Assembly (NCBI GenBank): GCA_036397975.1 | Contig: DASWHW010000056.1 | Coordinates: 766-64,765, forward strand | Reading direction: 5' to 3' | DNA: 64,000 nt | From: Bacteroidota bacterium | GTDB taxonomy: Bacteria; Bacteroidota; Ignavibacteria; UBA10030; UBA6906 | Shown: piece by piece, positions 1 to 8,930 of the stretch | Numbering within the stretch: the stretch's first letter is position 1 | Layout of the letters: each line of letters opens with the position of its first letter | Notes under the pieces: generated by a model | The model's input: only the letters and a program-made list of their open reading frames with translations | The model's database searches: none | Told to the model about the DNA's origin: nothing | Made by a program: the position numbers and the translations under genes

Positions 1-1956
1 CGAGCCGCTGGGAAGAACAAACAACAGATTTTGGGTTGTAGAGCCGGCATAGTCAACTGCCAGATCGAAAACTATTGGTGTTCCGCAGACAAATCCTGGG
101 TCTGTGTTTACTTCAAATGGAATGAGGTTAGTGGAGGAACCACTTACGGCTATATTTGGGTATGACGACACTGGCTGGGCAATGACAACCCCCGGTGTGC
201 TGGAACTTAAAGCAGTAGTAATTGATGTCGCAGTTGCCGCTCCTGTGTTCCTTAGAGTAATTGAAAGATCATTGCACTCATTGAAATCAATGGTCCCGTT
301 TCCGTTTCCCCCGCTTATCGCAGATGAGAGGTAGCTGATACTTGCCTGGGGTGTGGGATCGGTAAACTGGAATGACGCGACCCTGGTCTGCCAGGGTGCG
401 GCTCCAGTGGTCTGAATGTATTCATCCGTATACCAAAAGGTCTGGTCGTCGGTGGGGTCGACGCTCATGCTTGTATAATCTCCCCATCGATTTGCTGTGC
501 CAGTTTGAGAGCCCGTTCCAGCAATGATTGTTTGTTCCGCAAGTGTCATTGTTCCAAGGGGATCTGTGGCGAGTCTGCCAGTGTATCGAATCGAAGGGAA
601 AACGCTTGAGCTTGAGACTGAATATCCGAGGGCTATACTTCCCTGACCGTTCATAGCAACGCTGCCGACCCACCGGTGGTTGGCGTCGGGGGCAAATGTT
701 CCTTGTTGGTGCATTGACCACGCGCCTGTTGTTTTGCGCAACTCATACCATCTGATTCCAGCATGGTCGCTGCTGTTCTCATCAACAGTATGATTTGTCA
801 AAAGAGTTTGGTGAGTTCCGAAGTTACGGTATTGCAGGCGATTCATCATGAGGTCGGCGAGAGCATCAAGCCGGACCACCGTTGAAGGCTGCGGAATGCA
901 GTTTCTGCTTCCATTACACATGTTTGCATCGAAGGAGGCTGTTGTGACGACCGTTGGTCCAGTGAAAGTAGAACTTCCCAATGACGCCCAGTTCACTGCC
1001 AGCTCAAACACCTCCATTCTATCTGATCCTCCATATACAGCTCCGTCTTCAGCGCCTGCAAAGTAGTTAGGTGCGCCCAACGGAGGAGGAGGACCGTCAA
1101 GATTGCAGGGCAAGATATGACCCTGAGACGTCGGAAGTTGAAAGACGATTCCTTGAGCAAGGCCACCGATAAGCATTTGATCCCGTTCAAGTGCAATTGC
1201 AGCCGGTCCGGCAAACGCCAGACTTCCAGAAGTGAATGTATTAATTGACATGTAGTAACCATCCGGCCACACCCCCAGCTTCGGGTAATCCGGCATATCT
1301 GGAAACTGGAATGCATAGCGATGCCACGCGCCAAGTGGATCATTGGTTTGCGAAACAGCGATCAGTTCGTAGAATGGTCCGTTGGGAAATGTGGGAAGGG
1401 CGAACTGGCTTGTAATCCAGCGATCTGCCAACGCATCGTACAATACAATCGGGTCTCCGTCGTTAGTTCCTGTCCAAGGACCATTGAACCCTTGCCACAA
1501 AGTGCTGTTGTCGGCTGGTCCATAGAGAATGTTTCCTGATTTCCCGTAGATCACAAATGAACTATTCACCATCTGAATATAATGGTTCGGTCCAACGTCT
1601 CCATCAGGATCGGGAGGATACACACCTTGTCGATTGCCAACCCCCTCGAAATTTACCAGGGGAACACTCATGGAGATTGACCCGCCGACTCTTTGTACCA
1701 CCGGGTCTGTTTCCGCCTGCTGATCCAACACGCCAGCATCCGGCCTTATCCGCATGAAGTCAAATTTGTTCGGGATCTCTTTTTCATTTCCATCCTTGGA
1801 TCGGTCCAACGGGGGAATCATCGGCATTTCACGCAGTCTCGGTGATGTATCGTTGTGTAAAGATTGAAATATCTCGGTTGGTTGATAGACTGTCTGCTGA
1901 GAATAGGAAAGAGGAACGATAAGGGAGAGACACACAATGGAGAAGAGATTCTTCAT
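1..1956 (-). CDS. Large secreted protein of an uncharacterised family, followed by an Ig/CARDB-like domain; runs off the left edge (partial)
   Basis: Manual translation from ATG at 1956 (GGAGGA RBS at 1965-1970) is open to position 1: MKNLFSIVCLSLIVPLSYSQQ... signal peptide; motifs PPDPDGDVGPNHYIQMVN, DGDPIVLYDALADRW, DYPKLGVWPDGYY; later SGGNGNGTIDFNECNDLSITLRNTG. Absent from the ORF track, probably because it has no stop codon in the window. Confidence 0.9.
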   Translation of the reverse strand, partial: MKNLFSIVCLSLIVPLSYSQQTVYQPTEIFQSLHNDTSPRLREMPMIPPLDRSKDGNEKEIPNKFDFMRIRPDAGVLDQQAETDPVVQRVGGSISMSVPLVNFEGVGNRQGVYPPDPDGDVGPNHYIQMVNSSFVIYGKSGNILYGPADNSTLWQGFNGPWTGTNDGDPIVLYDALADRWITSQFALPTFPNGPFYELIAVSQTNDPLGAWHRYAFQFPDMPDYPKLGVWPDGYYMSINTFTSGSLAFAGPAAIALERDQMLIGGLAQGIVFQLPTSQGHILPCNLDGPPPPLGAPNYFAGAEDGAVYGGSDRMEVFELAVNWASLGSSTFTGPTVVTTASFDANMCNGSRNCIPQPSTVVRLDALADLMMNRLQYRNFGTHQTLLTNHTVDENSSDHAGIRWYELRKTTGAWSMHQQGTFAPDANHRWVGSVAMNGQGSIALGYSVSSSSVFPSIRYTGRLATDPLGTMTLAEQTIIAGTGSQTGTANRWGDYTSMSVDPTDDQTFWYTDEYIQTTGAAPWQTRVASFQFTDPTPQASISYLSSAISGGNGNGTIDFNECNDLSITLRNTGAATATSITTALSSSTPGVVIAQPVSSYPNIAVSGSSTNLIPFEVNTDPGFVCGTPIVFDLAVDYAGSTTQNLLFVLPSGS

Positions 1957-2048
1957 GACATTGATCCTCCGAGTTGTTGATGGCACAGTTTACCAACCAA
2001 TACTTCGGGCACAACATCAATCGGTCGCTGCTGACCGGCCAGTATTGA

Positions 2049-2067
2049 GAAAATGATAATCATGATT
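2049..2067. promoter_or_regulatory. Fur-family box-like site
   Basis: GAAAATGATAATCATGATT matches GATAATGATAATCATTATC at 16/19 positions, about 95 bp upstream of the minus-strand secreted protein gene. Confidence 0.5.
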
Positions 2068-2143
2068 CTAAACAATTGCAATGCGAAACCCGAGGGGTTC
2101 ATACAAACGGAAGGAAACATGAACCGGAGAGGTGGTGCCAGTG

Positions 2144-2217
2144 TGCGCCCGAAGGGATTCGAACCCCTAACCCCCAGCTTCGTAGGCTGGTGCTCTATCC
2201 AGTTGAGCTACGGGCGC
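2144..2217 (-). tRNA. tRNA-Arg(ACG)
   Basis: Reverse complement GCGCCCGTAGCTCAACTGGATAGAGC...CCAGC-CT-ACG-AA-GCTGG...GGTTCGAATCC...GGGCGCA. Confidence 0.95.
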
Positions 2218-2233
2218 AAAAGGACAACTGAAG

Positions 2234-2308
2234 TGGTAGCCTTAACGGGAATCGAACCCGTATTTGAGCCTTGAGAGGGCTCCGTCCTAACCGTTAGACG
2301 ATAAGGCC
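2234..2308 (-). tRNA. tRNA-Glu(CTC), CCA encoded
   Basis: Reverse complement GGCCTTATCGTCTAACGGTTAGGAC...GAGCC-CT-CTC-AA-GGCTC...GGTTCGATTCCC...GGCTACCA. Confidence 0.95.
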
Positions 2309-2316
2309 GGGTTGCA

Positions 2317-2385
2317 ATTTGGGATTTCGAATTGTTGAATGCGGATTGTGCAGCAATCCGAAATCCTCAATCCCACATCCGCAAT
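2317..2385. repeat. 7-nt-period inverted repeat element in the tRNA spacer
   Basis: Left arm ATTTGGG ATTTCGA ATTGTTG AATGCGG ATTG; right arm CAATCCG AAATCCT CAATCCC ACATCCG CAAT. Confidence 0.7.
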
Positions 2386-2392
2386 GCATTTG

Positions 2393-2463
2393 CTGCCCCG
2401 CAAGGATTCGAACCTCGATAGGCAGATCCAGAATCTGCAGTCTTGCCATTAGACGACGGGGCA
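2393..2463 (-). tRNA. tRNA-Gln(CTG)
   Basis: Reverse complement TGCCCCGTCGTCTAATGGCAAGAC...GCAGA-TT-CTG-GA-TCTGC...GGTTCGAATCC...GGGGCAG. Confidence 0.95.
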
Positions 2464-2484
2464 AAATTCACATTTTGGGGCACT

Positions 2485-2546
2485 AATTTAGGCATTTGCG
2501 TTTCGAAAGTCAACGTCTTGACTTTGCATGCCAAATCAGATAGTTT
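2485..2546. promoter_or_regulatory. Back-to-back divergent sigma70-type promoters (tRNA operon / OmpA-family gene)
   Basis: Minus strand TTGACT(2513-2508)-17 bp-TAAATT(2490-2485); plus strand TTGACT(2518-2523)-17 bp-TAGTTT(2541-2546). Confidence 0.7.
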
Positions 2547-2595
2547 CACCGCAACGTGCATTGATTCATTGAAAATGCATGTCATGGTTTTTGCG

Positions 2596-4143
2596 ATGAG
2601 GTTTTTTCCAATGAGAAATATCATTGCTGTTGGTTTCTTTGTTCTCTTGACGGTGATGAGCTCGAGTCGGACTTGCGCACAAAACAAAGACGGCCGATGG
2701 GCGATCGGTATCAGCAGCGGGATCAATGCATGGATCAACGATTTCAACAAGCATCCCCTTGCCTTCGGACTCGAGGGGTCTGTACGATATGGATTTACTC
2801 CCTCGTACTCCCTTGGCTTCGTATCAGGTTTCGAAGTTCTCAAGGGAAATCAAGACCCGGCATACCCGGGTTTTTATGAGTATCTGCGTCTGGAATCTGT
2901 GCCTGTTTCTCTGGTCTCTTATTTTAATCTCACGCCCGGCCAACGAGTTTCTACGACCCTTTATGCGGGCGTCGGTGCTCTTTTCTTTCTGAGAAAATAT
3001 TACACCGGTGAAATCGTCCCCGACGGTAAATCCGATGTCTCACTTGTTGTTCCTTTTGGCTTGTCTGTCGAGTATTCGGCAAACGATAATGTCGGTGTCT
3101 TCGGTTCACTAAGCTATCAGATTACGAACGACGAAACCGATCTCTTCCAATTCCAATCGCCGGATGCGTTCCTTTCCTTGAAGCTTGGCGTCAACCTCTA
3201 TTTCGGTAACAGTGATTCCGATGATGATGATGGAGATGGATTGTCCAACAACGAAGAGAGGTCTCTTGGAACAAATCCACGTCTGGCTGATACAGACGGT
3301 GATCGGTTGAGCGATGGCGATGAGGTAAACCGATATGGAGCAAACCCTCTCATTTCCGATACAGATGGTGATGGACTATCGGATGGGGACGAGGTCGTCG
3401 TCTATAGAACAGATCCGCTCAAGGTCGATACCGACAATGATGGGCTGTCCGATGGAGATGAAATCATGCGGTACAATACCGACCCGCTCAAAGCGGATAC
3501 CGACGGCGATGGGTTGAAGGATGGCGAAGAGGTGAAGCTCAACACCAACCCATGGAACAAAGATTCCGACAACGACGGATTAACGGATTGGGATGAAGCG
3601 AATCTCTACAAGACGAATCCCAACAAAGCAGATTCCGATGACGATGGCTTGAGCGATTTTGACGAACTGAAGAAATATCTGACCAACCCCCTCAAAGCTG
3701 ATAGTGATGGGGGAGGCGTCATTGATGGCGTGGAAGTGGCCCGTGGCACGAACCCGCTGCTCGGATTTGATGATTTGGGGAAGGATTCAATCATCCTTGA
3801 ACGGGGACGATCGGTTGTCCTTGATGGAGTAAATTTTTTGGTCGGAAGCGCAACGCTCACTTCAGAGTCGGAAAGAATCCTTCAGAATGCGCTAAAGGCG
3901 CTCAACACAAATCCATCGCTTAATGTCGAGATTGTCGGGCATACGGACAATACCGGTGGTGTTGAAATCAACCGTCAGATATCATTCCGTCGGGCTGAAT
4001 CGGTGCGGGCTTGGCTTGCACGAAACGGGATATCACCGAAGCGACTGACAGTGAGTGGGAAAGGAGCAGAATCTCCTATTGCCTCGAACACTACTCCTGA
4101 AGGACGGGCGCGGAACAGGAGAATCGAGTTTAGGGTCCGCTAG
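2596..4143 (+). CDS. OmpA-family outer membrane protein: N-terminal beta-barrel, TSP3-like Ca-binding repeats, C-terminal OmpA/MotB peptidoglycan-binding domain
   Basis: Signal peptide, barrel-like alternating strands, DxDxDG repeats, C-terminal IVGHTDNTG...LSFRRAESV...GRARNRRIEF. Start moved from 2443 (overlaps tRNA-Gln); 2611 is an alternative start. Confidence 0.9.
   Translation: MRFFPMRNIIAVGFFVLLTVMSSSRTCAQNKDGRWAIGISSGINAWINDFNKHPLAFGLEGSVRYGFTPSYSLGFVSGFEVLKGNQDPAYPGFYEYLRLESVPVSLVSYFNLTPGQRVSTTLYAGVGALFFLRKYYTGEIVPDGKSDVSLVVPFGLSVEYSANDNVGVFGSLSYQITNDETDLFQFQSPDAFLSLKLGVNLYFGNSDSDDDDGDGLSNNEERSLGTNPRLADTDGDRLSDGDEVNRYGANPLISDTDGDGLSDGDEVVVYRTDPLKVDTDNDGLSDGDEIMRYNTDPLKADTDGDGLKDGEEVKLNTNPWNKDSDNDGLTDWDEANLYKTNPNKADSDDDGLSDFDELKKYLTNPLKADSDGGGVIDGVEVARGTNPLLGFDDLGKDSIILERGRSVVLDGVNFLVGSATLTSESERILQNALKALNTNPSLNVEIVGHTDNTGGVEINRQISFRRAESVRAWLARNGISPKRLTVSGKGAESPIASNTTPEGRARNRRIEFRVR
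3220..3774 (+). repeat. Eight ~22-23 aa DxDxDGLxDxxE...TxP repeats (bacterial thrombospondin type 3-like)
   Basis: DDGDGLSNNEE, DTDGDRLSDGDE, DTDGDGLSDGDE, DTDNDGLSDGDE, DTDGDGLKDGEE, DSDNDGLTDWDE, DSDDDGLSDFDE, DSDGGGVIDGVE. Confidence 0.9.
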
Positions 4144-6100
4144 GTTCGTAATTCCCCTGTTGCTTGATTAGCTTTTTCCTCGCTTCGATGATTGACCCCT
4201 CATTTGGAAAACAGGAACGAAGTTCTTCTAAAAGTGTTTTCGCTGCCTCTCTTTCTTCACCCATTATCGATAGCTCAACAAGTCGTTCACAAATGCTAGA
4301 GAGATTGTAGGTTATCCCTCCGGCAATGTTCCTCCGAAGCGCCATCGTCACTGATCGAAGTTCGCCTTCGCGATAATTTAGTCCATTCTTTATTAGTGCT
4401 TGGACATAATATGCCTCGGGGTGGTCGCGACGAGAGATCTCCTTTTCGATGGCATCTCCTGCCTCGGGATATTGCTTCATGGAGACCAGGGCAAGGGACT
4501 CGATGAGAGATGATTTTGGGTAGTCCGGTGACAGTCTTTGGAGTTTTTGAATAGTCATCACAGCCTCCTCAGCACGACCAGCCTGAAGGAGCGCCACGCT
4601 AAGATTCTCGAGTGCCTTCAAATTTCCTGGATATGACTGCACGGAGGCATTGAACTCTGCGATCGCGTCGTTTCCATTTCCTTGTGTTTTTGCCAGCACC
4701 CCACGAATCAAATGGTTGTCGCTGTTGATTTTCTTGAGTTCCAATCTCCCAACGAAAAACACAGCGATTCCCCATACCACGAGAGGAAGAACGGCAGTGA
4801 ACTTCGGAATCCTCAAAATTGCTTTTTCAGGAGAACTACTCAAAAAGAGTGGAGAAACGATCAGTCCCATGCTCAGCCAAAACAACGCACCAATGGGAGC
4901 TTGACGAAGCGACACGTTCGCCAGGTTGTCAATCAGGACTCCCGCCACCCCGCAGAGAAGCCCAATAATGGGAATGTTCCGCTTTCCCTCGGATTTCGAT
5001 TTTCTCCAAATGTCGATTCCTCCTATTATGACAACCCCGACCGCCGTGAAGTACAGTGCAAGGCCAATCAAACCGAGTTCCACTCCTACTTCGAGGAATT
5101 CATTGTGTGCATGAGGGACGATATCCTCACTCTTTACTATCCAATAATCTGCAGGTCGGAATTCGCGCATTGCTTCCTCGTAACTTCCTACTCCATATCC
5201 CACAAGAGGCGAGGAGGCAATCGCATCAACCCCGGCATTCCAGAACACGACTCTTCGCGCAAGTGTCGAACCTTTATCCAAATCCAGGAGCGACGCAAAT
5301 CGTTGAGAGACTTGAGGAAAAAAGAAGAATGATACAATCGTGGCACAGACGAGGACAAATGCGATTCCGAATCGATGTGTGCGTTCGATCGCTCGCGAGA
5401 GGAACAAGAAGAGGAGTGTTGAGATGGCGACCGCGATAATACTGCCTCGCGATTGAGTCGCAAGAAGCAGAAGCAGAAGGAGACAAAGGAATATGAAGAG
5501 CAAAACGCGAACAAAGCGATTGCTCTCAAGAAAGAGATAACTTAATAGCAAGGGGAGAAACCCAACAATAAACCCGCTCAGATAAATCGGATTGCCGAGC
5601 GTTGACCCGATTCTTCTACCCTCCCCGAGGTAGAAATCGAGAAGACTGCTATTCGGGACAAAGTATTGCACAATCGCAAACACGCTCACGACCGCTCCGA
5701 CGACAATGAGAGCCTTGACCAACCGAAGGAAATCCTGTTCGTTGCGGAATAAATGCGTACCTGCAAAGTAGCAAATCGCATATCCAAACCAGAGGTTGAT
5801 CGTCTCCCCTCCGTTTGCTGTCCGGGGATGCACAACCATACTAATCACAGCTGCGCAGAGAAAAAGCATGACAGCGATGTCAGCCGGGGATTTGAAGAAC
5901 ACCAGTTCCCCGTTGATCAGGGCGAAAGCAAGATAGATGCTGAGGAGAAGACCCGCGAGAATAAAAAAAAGTGGGGTTTTCGCGATACCGCTGTCATATG
6001 AGTTGATGACCAGTACCCAGGTCGGGACTAAGAGCATCAAGTAGAGAACCCATTGAAGTATTCTTCGTTGTCGGTTTTCGTGGAGGTTCAACAAAGACAT
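4130..6100 (-). CDS. O-antigen ligase / Wzy_C-family membrane protein with C-terminal TPR
   Basis: About 12 TM segments; RIGSTLGNPIYLSGF, TQSRG, STLARRVVFW, HAHNEFLE motifs; TPR-like helices at the C-terminus; start taken at ATG 6100. Confidence 0.85.
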   Translation of the reverse strand: MSLLNLHENRQRRILQWVLYLMLLVPTWVLVINSYDSGIAKTPLFFILAGLLLSIYLAFALINGELVFFKSPADIAVMLFLCAAVISMVVHPRTANGGETINLWFGYAICYFAGTHLFRNEQDFLRLVKALIVVGAVVSVFAIVQYFVPNSSLLDFYLGEGRRIGSTLGNPIYLSGFIVGFLPLLLSYLFLESNRFVRVLLFIFLCLLLLLLLATQSRGSIIAVAISTLLFLFLSRAIERTHRFGIAFVLVCATIVSFFFFPQVSQRFASLLDLDKGSTLARRVVFWNAGVDAIASSPLVGYGVGSYEEAMREFRPADYWIVKSEDIVPHAHNEFLEVGVELGLIGLALYFTAVGVVIIGGIDIWRKSKSEGKRNIPIIGLLCGVAGVLIDNLANVSLRQAPIGALFWLSMGLIVSPLFLSSSPEKAILRIPKFTAVLPLVVWGIAVFFVGRLELKKINSDNHLIRGVLAKTQGNGNDAIAEFNASVQSYPGNLKALENLSVALLQAGRAEEAVMTIQKLQRLSPDYPKSSLIESLALVSMKQYPEAGDAIEKEISRRDHPEAYYVQALIKNGLNYREGELRSVTMALRRNIAGGITYNLSSICERLVELSIMGEEREAAKTLLEELRSCFPNEGSIIEARKKLIKQQGNYEPSGP

Positions 6101-6206
6101 GAATGAAATTGAATGACATGCAGTGCGGGGAAGTGAACTCTGGTAAAATCTCACTCATTTCTTGAAGAAAGTCAATCCGACAAGGTCTCATCCATGGTTC
6201 GTTTCG

Positions 6207-6235
6207 TTGACTTTCAAACACCCATTGCGTACCTT
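6207..6235 (+). promoter_or_regulatory. Promoter of the psd-pssA-purSQ-tat operon
   Basis: TTGACT-17 bp-TACCTT, 32 bp before the psd start. Confidence 0.6.
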
Positions 6236-6267
6236 TTACCGCATTTTTTACAAGGAATCCCCTAATT

Positions 6268-6918
6268 TTGATAACAAAGTATGGATATGATCTCGTCGGA
6301 GTTATTTCTCTGCTTGTTTTGGTCGGCTCTGCATTATCATGGTATTTCATCGAGTTGAAGATCCTCAAGTTCAGCCTGATCGGTATCCTCGTCCTCTTCC
6401 TCATATTTACTCTAAATTTTTTTCGCGATCCCGAGCGCCGTCCCCCTTCCGGCGATGACCTGGTTCTCTCCCCGGCGGATGGTGAGGTTGTCGTCATTAT
6501 GGAATTGAGCAGCGAAGAATATGTCCAGGGCGACGCAGTGCAGGTAAGCATTTTCATGTCGCCGCTGAATGTGCATGTAAACCGTTATCCGATCACCGGA
6601 AGAGTGTCGTATTACAAATATTTCCCGGGGGAGTTCCTTGTCGCTTTCGACGATAAGTCTTCGCTTCGAAACGAACGAACCCACATCGGGGTGGAGAATG
6701 GAAGAACGAAGGTTCTTTTCAAGCAAATTGCCGGATTTGTTGCTCGCCGAATTATTGCCAATGTCCAGGTTGGTGATTCCTCAGTGGCCGGGGAGCGATT
6801 TGGCATGATTCGGTTTGGATCACGCGTGGACATGATAATGCCAAGAAGTGTGGCGGTACAGGTGAAACTCGGTGACAAAACGGTTGCTGGAGAAACCGTG
6901 ATCGCGAAAGCGCTCTAA
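6268..6918 (+). CDS. psd: Phosphatidylserine decarboxylase (archaeal/Psd-A type)
   Basis: FFRDPER, SPADG, IFMSPLNVHVNR, RFGSRVD self-cleavage motif; TTG start. Confidence 0.93.
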   Translation: MITKYGYDLVGVISLLVLVGSALSWYFIELKILKFSLIGILVLFLIFTLNFFRDPERRPPSGDDLVLSPADGEVVVIMELSSEEYVQGDAVQVSIFMSPLNVHVNRYPITGRVSYYKYFPGEFLVAFDDKSSLRNERTHIGVENGRTKVLFKQIAGFVARRIIANVQVGDSSVAGERFGMIRFGSRVDMIMPRSVAVQVKLGDKTVAGETVIAKAL

Positions 6919-6949
6919 GAAGCAACGTCCTGCATAATTTGGCTGCCTC

Positions 6950-7717
6950 ATGAAAGTTACCCGAGCCGTTGTTCCGAGCCTGTTCACTGTTTTGAACATG
7001 TTCTGCGGATTTATGTCGATTATCAACTCTAGCAATGGATCGTTCCATGCGGCAGCGTGGTTTATTGTTCTTGCAGCCGGGTTTGACGCCCTCGACGGAG
7101 TGATGGCCCGGTTGACAAAGTCGACATCAGACTTCGGAGTTGAAATCGATTCACTCTCTGATGTTGTTTCTTTTGGTGCTGCTCCTTCATTTCTTGTGTA
7201 CACGCTTTCCCTGTACCAACTGGAAGGGGCGGGAATTTTTCTGAGTTCTCTGCTGATGATCTTCGGGGGTCTTCGCCTAGCCCGCTTCAACGTTAACCTT
7301 GTCGGGCATAACAAAGAGTTTTTCGTTGGGCTTCCCATCCCCGTGAGTGCGATAACGGTCGTTCTTTTTGTGTTGAGCTATTACTCTCCATCATCGGGGC
7401 TGAACGAAGAAGCCGCAGCGTGGCTTCCCTGGATGACCGTGATTCTTGCGCTCCTGATGGTCAGCAAGATCAAGTACGAGACCCTTCCCCGGCTTTCAAA
7501 AAGAGCTGTGCACGAAAACCCCGTGCGATTCCTGCTGGCGTCAACAGCAGTCCTGATGATTGCGGTAACCCATGGTGATGCGGCCTTTCCTCTTGCAGTG
7601 TTGTTTATTATCCAAGGTATTGTCCGCTCGATGGTCCATGGGATGAAACAAGCTTTCGGCCTAGGGCCGAAAAACGGCGGCGATGATTCTTCGAGTACGA
7701 GCCGGGTAGACGTCTAA
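6950..7717 (+). CDS. pssA: CDP-diacylglycerol--serine O-phosphatidyltransferase
   Basis: CDP-alcohol motif DALDGVMARLTKSTSDFGVEIDSLSDVVSFG; adjacent to psd. Confidence 0.93.
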   Translation: MKVTRAVVPSLFTVLNMFCGFMSIINSSNGSFHAAAWFIVLAAGFDALDGVMARLTKSTSDFGVEIDSLSDVVSFGAAPSFLVYTLSLYQLEGAGIFLSSLLMIFGGLRLARFNVNLVGHNKEFFVGLPIPVSAITVVLFVLSYYSPSSGLNEEAAAWLPWMTVILALLMVSKIKYETLPRLSKRAVHENPVRFLLASTAVLMIAVTHGDAAFPLAVLFIIQGIVRSMVHGMKQAFGLGPKNGGDDSSSTSRVDV

Positions 7718-7729
7718 AGAGAGAATGAT

Positions 7730-7981
7730 ATGTTTATTTCAAAGATTCGAGTAACGCTTCGGAAGTCGATTCTTGACCCGCAGGGAAAGGCGGTTGAGCA
7801 TGCGATCACGTCGATGGGTTTTAACGACGTAGAGGATGTGCGCATGGGGAAGTACATTGAATTGAAAGTGAACGGAAAAACGGAGGAAGAAGTCAGAAAG
7901 ACGACGGAAGAAGTATGCGGACGCCTTCTTGCAAATCCGGTGATGGAGGACTATCACTTTGAAATTGACAAGTGTCCATGA
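7730..7981 (+). CDS. purS: Phosphoribosylformylglycinamidine synthase subunit PurS
   Basis: [28 protein letters not shown]. Confidence 0.95.
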   Translation: MFISKIRVTLRKSILDPQGKAVEHAITSMGFNDVEDVRMGKYIELKVNGKTEEEVRKTTEEVCGRLLANPVMEDYHFEIDKCP

Positions 7982-8724
7982 GTGCGAAAGTAAAATTCGG
8001 TGTGGTCGTTTTCCCCGGGTCTAATTGTGATCATGACGCGTACTATGCAACCCATACCATCCTTGGTCAGGAATCGGTTTTTCTTTGGCACAAAGATACT
8101 GACCTGCAAGGCGTGCATGCGATTATTCTTCCGGGCGGATTTTCCTATGGTGATTATCTCCGGTGTGGTGCGATAGCTCGGTTTTCACCGATCATGAAAG
8201 AAGTGGTAGAATTTGCACGGGCCGGCGGCGTCGTCGTTGGAATATGCAACGGTTTTCAAGTGTTATTGGAGGCAGGCCTTCTCCCGGGGGTTCTTCTCCG
8301 CAACGCATCTCTCAGATTCGTTTGTAAAACGATCAACATGCGAGTGGAAAATAATAAGACCCCCTTCACGAGCCGGTGCCAAAAGGGTGACAGACTGAGA
8401 ATTCCAGTCGCGCATGGCGAAGGGAACTATTTTACTGATGCGGCAACACTGGCGTCCCTTGAAAAGAATGACCGAATTCTTTTTCGGTACTGCTCCGAAG
8501 AAGGTGAGATAACGGAACAGGCAAACCCAAACGGCTCTCTCTCCAACATCGCGGGTATTATGAATGAAGAGGGTAATGTGATGGGGTTGATGCCTCATCC
8601 AGAGCGTGTTGTCGATCCGCTGTTGAGAAATACCGACGGACGGAGAATTCTCAATTCGATAGTAGACTATTGCATGTCCAAAGCAGGACATGAACTCTCA
8701 TTAACAGAATTGGATAGGAGGTAG
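7978..8724 (+). CDS. purQ: Phosphoribosylformylglycinamidine synthase subunit PurQ
   Basis: [31 protein letters not shown]. Confidence 0.96.
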   Translation: MSAKVKFGVVVFPGSNCDHDAYYATHTILGQESVFLWHKDTDLQGVHAIILPGGFSYGDYLRCGAIARFSPIMKEVVEFARAGGVVVGICNGFQVLLEAGLLPGVLLRNASLRFVCKTINMRVENNKTPFTSRCQKGDRLRIPVAHGEGNYFTDAATLASLEKNDRILFRYCSEEGEITEQANPNGSLSNIAGIMNEEGNVMGLMPHPERVVDPLLRNTDGRRILNSIVDYCMSKAGHELSLTELDRR

Positions 8725-8726
8725 CC

Positions 8727-8921
8727 ATGGGAAACCTCGGCTGGACAGAAATTTTGCTCATTGCGATGGTGCTCTTGCTCTTTTTCGGCGCAAAGAAAAT
8801 TCCGGACATCGCACAAGGATTGGGAAAGGGGATAAGAGAATTCAAAAAAGCCACTCGTGAAATTGAAGATGAAACGGATTCGACACCTCCCAAAGTGAAA
8901 GAAAAAAGTAAAGAATCGTAG
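8727..8921 (+). CDS. tatA: Twin-arginine translocase TatA/TatE subunit
   Basis: TM helix then [22 protein letters not shown] amphipathic helix. Confidence 0.9.
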   Translation: MGNLGWTEILLIAMVLLLFFGAKKIPDIAQGLGKGIREFKKATREIEDETDSTPPKVKEKSKES

Positions 8922-8930
8922 GGACACGAC

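Noticed and set aside
2144-2463. tRNA cluster as a possible integration site for an island
   Set aside because: No integrase, att duplication or mobile genes are seen on either side within the window
2443-2595. Upstream extension of the OmpA ORF
   Set aside because: It overlaps tRNA-Gln and both promoters; the signal peptide begins at 2596 or 2611
3220-3774. Periodic DNA repeats that could be mistaken for a CRISPR array or VNTR
   Set aside because: They are degenerate at the DNA level and conserved at the protein level (TSP3-like coding repeats); no cas genes
4682-5332. 216-aa plus-strand ORF
   Set aside because: Antisense to the Wzy_C gene with low-complexity composition
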